Assembly: GCF_009914755.1 (NCBI RefSeq)
Contig: NC_060931.1
Source of the DNA: the human T2T-CHM13v2.0 reference genome, Homo sapiens
Strand: one strand, 5' to 3'
Length of the DNA stretch: 64,000 nucleotides
Each line of letters begins with the position of its first letter. The first letter of the stretch is position 1. Under the pieces are notes generated by a model. The model was not told the origin of the DNA and did not search any database. It worked only from the letters and a program-made list of their open reading frames with translations. The translations under genes were made by a program, and so were the position numbers. Positions 55,862-64,000 of this stretch are shown here, piece by piece.

Positions 55862-58800
55862 TTCTCATAAATATAGACACAAAATCCTCACAAAATATTA
55901 GAACATTGAATCCATCAATAGGTAAAAATAATAATGCAACACACAAAAGTAGGTTTTCAAAAAATAATTCCAACTTTTATTTTAGATTCAGGGCATACAT
56001 GTGCAGATTTTTCACACGGGTATATTGCACGATGCTGAGGTTTGGGGTGTGATTGATCTCGTTAGCCAGGTATCGAGCATAGTACCCTTAGGCAGTGTTT
56101 CAGCCCTTGCCCCATCCCTCTCTCCCCCCTCAAGAAGTCCCTATTGTCTATTGTTCCCATCTTTATGTCCATGTGTACTCAATGTTTTGCTCCCACTTAC
56201 AAGTGAGAACATGCAGTATTTGGTTTTCAGTTAGGATAATGGCCTCCAGCTGCATCCATGTTGCTGCAAAGGACATGATTTTATTCTTTTTTACAGCTGT
56301 GTAGTATCTCATGGTGTATATGTACCATCTTATCTTTATCCAATCCACTGCTAATGTGTACCTAGGTTGATTCCATGTTTTTGCTATGGTGAATAGTGCT
56401 GCAATGGACATACAAGTGATTGTGTTTTTTTGGTAGAACGATTTATTTTTCCTTTGGATATATACCCAGTAAGGGGATTGCCTGGTCAAAAGATAGTTCT
56501 GTTTTAAGTACTGTGAAAAATCTCCAAACTGCTTTCTACAGTGGAACTAGTTTACACCAACAGTGTATAAGCATTCCCTTTTTCTCCACTGCCTTATCAG
56601 CATCTGTTGTTTTTTAACTTTTTAATAATAGTCATTCTGACTAGTGCAAAAGGTTATCTCTTGGTTTTGATTTGCATGTCTCTGATGATTAGTGATGAGC
56701 ATTTTTTCATGTTTGTTGGCCACCTAAATGTCTTTTTTTGGGAAGTGTCTGTTCATGTCCTTTGCCCACTTGTTAATGGGGTTATGTGTTTTTTGCTTGT
56801 TGAATTAAGTACCTTATGGATTCTGGATATTAGACCTTTGTCAAATGCATAGATTGTGAATATTTTCTCTTATTCGGTAGGTTGTCTGTTTACTCTGCTG
56901 ACAGTCTCTTTTGTTGTGCAGAAGCTCTTTAGTTTAATTAGGTCCCACCACTTGTCAATTTTTGGTTTTGTCACAATTGTTTTTGAGGACTTAGTCATAA
57001 ATTGTTTGCCAAGGCTAATGTCCAGAATGGTATTTTCTAGGCTTTCTTCTAGGGTTTTTATAGTTGGAGTCTTACACTTTAATCTGTAATCCATCTTGAG
57101 TTAATTTTTGTATATGATGAAAAGTAGAGGGCAGTTTTATTCTTCTGCATATGGCTGGCCAGCTATTCCAGCAAAATTTATTGAATAGGGAGTCCTTTCC
57201 CCATTGCTTATTTTTGTTGACTCTGTTGAAGATCAGAATGTTGTAGGTGTGCAGCCTTATTTCTGGGTTCTTTATTGTGTTCCATTCGTCTATGTGTCTG
57301 TTTTTGTACCAGTATCATGCATGATGTTTTGGTTACTGTCATCTTACAGCAGAGTTTGAAGTCAGGTAATGTGATGGATGCCTCTGGTTTGAACAAGTAG
57401 GTTTTAAACTGGGAATACAAGGCTGGTTTAAGGCCGGTTTAAGAATCAATCAATGTGATCCACCATATTTACAGTCCAAAGAAGAAAACCCATGTGATCA
57501 TATCAATAGATACAGAAAAGGCATGTGACAAAATTCAACATCCTTTCATGACAAAATCTTTCAACAAATAGGGAATACAAAGGAATTTTCTCAACATGGT
57601 TAAGGGCATCTACAAAAACCTACAGCTAATATCATATTTGATGGTAAAAGACTGAATACTTTCTCACTAAGATCAGGAACAAGGCAAGGATATCAACTTT
57701 CACCACTCATAATGCCTTGGAATAAGGCAAGAAATAAATGTGTATTTATACACATTAGAAATAAAGAAATAAAATTGTTCCTATTCCAAGATGACATGAT
57801 TGTCTATGTAGAAATTCTAAAGATTTTAAAAACAAAACAAAACGACTTCCTGAAACTATAAGTGACTTTAAGCTCAACACACAAATATCAGTATCTTATA
57901 TACTAGCAATGAACAATTAGAAACCAAAACTTTAGAATAATACATATACAGCATATTGGGTAATGCCATTCCTTCAGTTTATTTTTTTCAAAATTGGATT
58001 CGGCTTCCTTTGCTTTTTCAAATAAGTTTTAGAGTCAATTTTTCTATATCTAAAAAAAGTTCTAGAATTTTGACTGAAATTTACTTAAACCTCCACATTA
58101 GTTTGGGGAGAACTGACATTGTTAGTATATTAACTCTTCCAATACATGTACATGGTATGTTTTTACATTTATTTAGGTCTTCTTTGATTTTTTTAATCAG
58201 CTTTTTGTAATTTTCAGCATATAGGTTTTTTCATGTTTTTTTTAGATTTATACATAGGCATTTCATTTTTCTTGGAGCTATAATAAATTTTATGTATACA
58301 TGGAAGACTTCATATACTAACGATGTCAATTTTCCCCAAACTAATCTAAAGATTTAATGAAAATCCAGTCAAAATTCCAGAACACTTTTTGTAGATATAG
58401 AAAAGCTGACACTAAAATTTATTTGGAATGGCAAAGAAAGTAGAGTAGGCAAATCTACTTTTGAAAAAGAAGAATAAACTGAAAAAAATCACACTATTTA
58501 ATTTTAAGACTTACTCTATAGCTACAGTAATTAAGACAGTATAGTATTAATGAAGAGATTGATCACAGACACATAGATCAATGAAACAGAATAGAGAACA
58601 TAAAACTAGGTCCCATACACACACACAGACACACACAGCCAAATAAATTATTTTTGACAAGGTCACAAGGATGATTGGATGGAAAAGGAATACAGTGTTC
58701 AACAAATTGTGTTGAATTATTTAATATTTATATGCTCAAAAATGAACCTTAACCTAAACCTCACAGTGTACATAAAAATCAACTCAAAATTCACCATAGA

Positions 58801-59950
58801 CATAAATGTAAAATATAAAACTATAAAAATTTTAGAAGTCCTCCTAACCAGACGTTAAGCAGTAAGCCCTTAAACATGACATGAAAAGCATGATCCATAA
58901 AGAAAAAAATAGATAAATTGAATCTCATCAAAGTAAAGTAAAGTTGTTCTATGAAAGACTCTATTAAAAGGATGAAATTATAAGCTAAAGGCTTAGAGAC
59001 AATATTTGCAAACCACATATCTGTCAAAGAACCAGTATTAAGAATATATTAAAATCTCTCAAAATTCAACAGTAAAAAAACAAACAAACCAATTAGAGAA
59101 AGAGAAATTTAAATGAATAGACATTTCACCAAAAAGGATATACAGATGGAAAAACGCAGAGCAGCATTAGGCATTTAGTAAATGCAAATTAAAAGCACAA
59201 TGAGATATCACTATATACCTACCAGAATGGCTAAAATAAAAAAAAAGTGAAAACATAAAATATTAACAAGTATGCAGAGAGGCTGGATCATTCATATACT
59301 GTTGGTAAGAATGTAAAATAGTACAACCAGTTTGGAAAGCATTTTGGCAGTTTCTTATAAAATTAAATATGCAGCCACTATGCTGTACAGCAGTCGCATT
59401 CTTGGGCATTTAGCTGTCCCAGAGAAATGAAAACTTATGTTCACATAAAAACCTGGACATAAGTACTCACAGTAACTTTGTTCATGATAGCTAAAAATTA
59501 AAAAAAAAACCCTACGTCCTTCAATAGATGAATAGTTAAACAAATGATGGTATATCCATATCATGGCATATACTTAACAATAAAAAGGAACAAACTATTG
59601 ATAATTCTCACCAGAGAATTACGCTGAGTGAAAATAAGCAAATCCCAAAGATTACCTGTTGTATGATTCTATTTATTTAACATTCTAACATAATGAAATT
59701 ACAGAAATAGAGAGCAGATTAGTGGTTGCCAGGGTTAAGGAGGAGGTTGGAATGGGAGGGAGGTGAGTGTGGCTCTGAAAGGGAAACCTTATGGAGATGA
59801 AACAGCTCTGTATCCTGACTGTTTCTATGCCAATATTCTGTAAGATGTTACCACTGGTGCACACTACATAAAAGGGTGTATGAGATCCTTCTGTATAGTT
59901 TCTTAGAACTGTATGTAAATCTACAATTATCTAAAAAGTAAAAAAATTAA
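55862..59950 (+). mobile_element. Old L1 (L1MC/L1MD class) ORF2 to 3' end, interrupted by an L1PA and internally inverted at ~57955-58287
   Basis: Degenerate RT (aggaacaaggcaaggatatc; gatgacatgattgtctatgtagaaa) and 3' end tgtatgtaaatctacaattatct. Confidence 0.85.
55958..57394 (-). mobile_element. L1PA15/16-like 3' ~1.4 kb nested in the older L1
   Basis: caacttttattttagattcaggg...gatgctgaggtttgggg; TSD aagtaggtttt at 55947-55957 and 57395-57405, followed by AA (TTTT/AA endonuclease site). Confidence 0.92.
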
Positions 59951-59959
59951 TTTAAAAAG

Positions 59960-60925
59960 TCTTTTGCCTTGCAAAGTTGAGAGGACGAACATGCAGGCTG
60001 AAGACTGGGAGAAAATATTCGCAAAAATGGTCTGACAAAAACTTATATCCAGATTATGTGATGAATTCTCAATGCTCAACTGTAGTAAAAGGAAAAACTT
60101 GATTTTTGAAAAATGGGCAAAAGATTTCAATAGACAATTCAACAAAGATGATATACAAATGGTATATAAGCACATAAAGAGATATTCAATATTATTCGAT
60201 ATTAGAAAATGCAAATTTAAACCATAATGAAACACTACTATGCACCTATTAGAATAGCGAAAATAATACTGACAAAACCAAATGCTGATAAGGATGCAAA
60301 GCAACTGGAACTTTCATACACTGTTGGAGGGAATGCAAAATGGTACAGCCACTCTGGAAAATAGTTTGGCAGTTTCTTATGAAGTTAAACATGCAGTTAT
60401 CATACAGCCCAGCATTTGTATTCCTGAGTATTTATCTCAGAAAAACAAAAATGTATGTTCACTCAAAAGCCTGTACAGTATTCAAAATCGCCCAGGGGAA
60501 AAAAAAAAAAAAAACCTGTTCTTGTAACAGGTGAATGGATAAACAAACTATGGTACAGCCATATAATTGAATACTACTCATTGATAAAAAGGAACAAACT
60601 ATTGACACATCAACTTAGATGAAACTTAGAGGCACTGTATCAAGGGAAAGAAGCCAGGCTCAAAATGTTACATACTATATGACTTCATTTATAAGACATT
60701 CTTGAAAATACAAAACTTGTCAAACAAAGTGTTTGACAAGAGTTAGGATTGGAAGAAGGGATGTGGCCACAAAGTGGCAGCCCGAGTTTTGGGAATTTGG
60801 GAAACTGTTTTTTATTTTGACTGTGGGAATGGCTACATACATCTATATACACATTAATATCTGTAGACCTATACACCAAAAAGAGTCAACTTTACCATAC
60901 AATAATTTGTTTAAAATTGTTTAAA
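59960..60925 (+). mobile_element. L1ME-type ORF2 end and 3' UTR
   Basis: agactgggagaaaatattcgcaaa; aaatggtacagccactctggaaaatagtttggcagtttctta. Confidence 0.8.
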
Positions 60926-60944
60926 ATGCAAAACCAGAAAAATA

Positions 60945-62040
60945 CTCTTCCAGAATCTGATCAATCCTCACCACCCTCTACTGCCACCCTGATCCAGGCC
61001 TCCATATTTCTCACCTACGTTATTACAATAGCCTTTTAACTGGTCTCCCTACTTCCTCTCTTTCTACTACACAGTCGATTCTCAACAGTGATCCTTTGAA
61101 AACATAAGCCGAATAATGTTACTCTCCTGTTCAAAAGCCTCCAGTGGTCCTCTTACAGCATTAAAACTGAAGTTTTCACCAAGGCCTGACAGTAGTGAGG
61201 TCCCCCAGGAACCTCTCTGGTCTCTTCTTCTGTGAGTTTTCCTTACTTACTGTGCTCCAGCTGCACTAAACTGGCTTGCTGCTTTGTGGACATGCTAGGC
61301 CTTTGCACTGGCTGTTCCCTCTTCCTGGACATCCTTCCTTCAGATAAGACAATGGTTTCCTCACCCACCTCATTGAACTCTTTGCTTTAACTTCATCTTT
61401 TCTGTGGAACCTACTCTGACCGCTATTTAAAACTGCATCTCTTTCTGTATTCCCCACTCCTACTTACAGTTTATTTTTCTTCATGGTGATTGTCATCTTC
61501 TAACATGCTCTATTACTTATGTGTCTTAGTCTATTTGTGCTGCTGTAACAAAATACCTGAGACTGGGTAATTTATAAACACCAGAGATTTATTTCTCACA
61601 GTTCTGGAGGCTGGAAAGTCAAGATCAAGATGCTGGTATTCAATGTCTAGTAAGGACCCAGTGTTTGCTTCCAAGATGGTACCAGAGTGGGGAGGAATGT
61701 TGTGTCCTCACATGGTGGAAGAAATGGAATGTTGAAAAAAGGGCAAACAGCTTTGTCAAATCTCTTTTATGATAATACTAATCCCCATTCCATGAGGGCT
61801 TTGTCCTCATAACTTAATCAACTCTTAAAGACCTCACCTCATAATGCTATCACATTATCAATTAAGTTTGGAGGACACATTCAGACGAAAGCATTATACA
61901 TTACATTTGCTTTCTGTTCCCCCAACATACACACAAATATAAGGTTTATAAGGGCAGAGCTCTCACCCGTTCATTAATGTATCTTCAGTGATTGACACAT
62001 AGAAGATCCTCAATAAATATTTATGGAATGAAGAAAGTGA
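60945..62040 (+). mobile_element. L2a-like 3' end split by an LTR
   Basis: ggcctttgcactggctgttccctctt; ctcaataaatatttatggaatgaa. Confidence 0.85.
61522..61893 (-). mobile_element. MSTD/MLT1A-like MaLR solo LTR
   Basis: tgtcttagtctatttgtgctgctgtaacaaaatacctgagactgggtaatttata; TSD ttat(g/a). Confidence 0.88.
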
Positions 62041-62169
62041 AACAGGGAGGAAGTGAGGAAAAGGTTAATTTGTCACTAGCCAAGTGAGGAAGAAGAGAGG
62101 ATGAGGAGGGTGTCATGGAAGACCTGGTTACTCTGCAGAGCCTTAAACTGGAACTGTGTGCATGCTCAG

Positions 62170-62540
62170 AGGACAAGAGCACAGAGGTGTGGGAAGAGTG
62201 CTGATGCAGAGAGAGAAGCAGGAATCTGCTTTAAATGCCATGCTAAGGAATTTGGGCTTCACCTTTAGGTTAAAAGCTGTTAAGTCTCTGAGAAACATGA
62301 TCATATTTGTGTTGCATAAAGATCACTCAGCCCAGTGTGGAGAGTAAATTGGGTAAGGGCAGTGAGTTAGTTAGGAGGCAGATTGTAATCTAGTAACTAG
62401 TTATCTAAGCCAAAAAAAATGATGACCTGAACTAAGACTTTGGCCTTGTCAACAACACAGAGGGCACATTTCAGAAACACTTAGCAGAGTCAGTAGGACT
62501 TCTACTGAAATGTGAGAAAGATTAGAAATCGAGGATGCTC
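62170..62540 (-). mobile_element. L2 fragment
   Basis: aaatgccatgctaaggaatttgg; aaagatcactc; agttaggaggc. Confidence 0.65.
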
Positions 62541-63699
62541 CCCTATCCCACCCCACCCACCTGCCAGATTCTCTTTGTGACTCTGAGAAAGAAAGCGCAG
62601 ATGAATGGCCTTGGCAAAGATTCCAATGGCAAATTACTTTAATGTTGCAAACACCACTCTTACATTGTGGTGAGTTACATCCACTGCGTTGTTTTGTCCA
62701 GAATACCTTTCTTTTCCATCTTGCTAACTCTTACTTTAAGTTTCAGCTCACAGATCCTGACTCAGCTTACAGATCTTATAATGATGTGCTCAAAGAACTT
62801 GGCAACATCAGAAAAGGCAAGATGTAGGAACTGATAATGCAGTTATTGGACAGTTTATGGAAATGGGGATTGATCCCACTTAAAAAGCAAGCATTTTCCA
62901 TACCAGCAGGAGACTTCTGTCCTAGAAATATGATATTGTAATGAAAGTGGTCCACAAAGCTCATACTGCTATAATGAGTTTACACAGGACTCACTGGGGT
63001 TATAAAAATAAAAATATTAGCTTTGTACTGTCAATGCCAAATGTAAATACAGTAATTCTATGTGACCCTCCAACATTTGACCTTGAGCAAGATTTTCAAC
63101 CCACTTTTGCCTCTGTCTTCTTGTCATAAAAGACAAGATAATCTCTCAAGGCTAGTTTGACTCCAAAAATCTTGGATTTTGCTTTCCTTTCTCTGCAAAG
63201 CAGTTGGAGAAAACCATGCATATTTTATAGACAGAAAACCAAGGCTCAAAGAGAAGGAGATTTCCTTTTAGATGGACCTAAATAAGAGCCTGTCTCCCAC
63301 CCAGATGCCTGCTCCCATGAGATGCCCATCATCTAACTTTTGAAACACTGAAAAGAATTGTTTTTAAAACCAAAAGAATAATTTGATTTTAATGAATATG
63401 TCATCTACTGACACAAACAAACGGCAAAATTTTTCTTCTACTCTTTTGCAACTAAAATAAATTTAAGTCAAGGTTCATCCTGGAGAGTTTTTGTTGTTGT
63501 TATTGTTGCTAGCTGTTGCAAAATAGCCAAAAGTTGTTTTGTAATAGAAATGCTGACTTAAACTCAATTACTGTGAGAGTTTGAATAGACTCTCCTTTTT
63601 TTTAAGACATAAGAAGGCAATTAGGTGTTCATGTGGACATTTATGTGTAAGGGATCATTTAAAAGACTGCAAAAGAATGCTAAATATGAAAAGAGGTTA

Positions 63700-64000
63700 C
63701 AGAGCATTATAGAGTGAGAAAGTGCCAGAGTTATTTTTAAAATATATAAGTTGTATATGTTATATTTTTAAAACTTAAATCTGATAAAACGTTTCATAAT
63801 AAAAAGCAATATAATAACAGAAACCAAACCATAGATCCAGGAAGGTCAGAGAAGAATATGCAGGCAAATACTAAAAAATCTACACTGGGCATATCATATT
63901 CAAACTGCAGACAGTCAAAGACAAAGAGAAAGTCTTGAGAGAGCCCAAAGGGGCAAAAGCACCTTATCTGTAGAGAAACAAGGATAAGAATTAAATCAGA
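63700..64000 (+). mobile_element. Old L1 ORF1 remnant running off the window end
   Basis: Encodes HIIFKLQTVKDKEKVLRE, similar to the L1 ORF1p C-terminal half. Confidence 0.75.

Overview
This is primate, very probably human or other hominine, non-coding nuclear DNA. It is AT-rich, CpG-depleted and largely made of interspersed repeats: Alu/FLAM/FAM, L1PA/PB/M, L2, CR1/L3, MIR, MaLR and ERVL LTRs, and hAT elements. I can support no intact protein-coding gene, RNA gene or CRISPR array. The long ORFs are broken L1 ORF2, Alu or microsatellite translations. The first ~600 bp look like a promoter or first exon of an unidentified minus-strand transcript (5' splice site at 113/112, near-perfect RFX X-box, Z-DNA tract). 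The most unusual signal is a set of locally templated, mostly inverted copying events. These include a 57-bp reverse-complement copy of unique DNA from 5.1 kb away inside one L1, a ~90-bp reverse-complement copy of flanking DNA inside another L1, a fold-back inversion/duplication in an old L1, and several perfect short hairpins that overwrite repeat consensus sequence. I read these as repair or replication scars, not as evidence of a new biological system. Repeat subfamily calls are from recalled consensus motifs, not an alignment run, and boundaries of old repeats are approximate.
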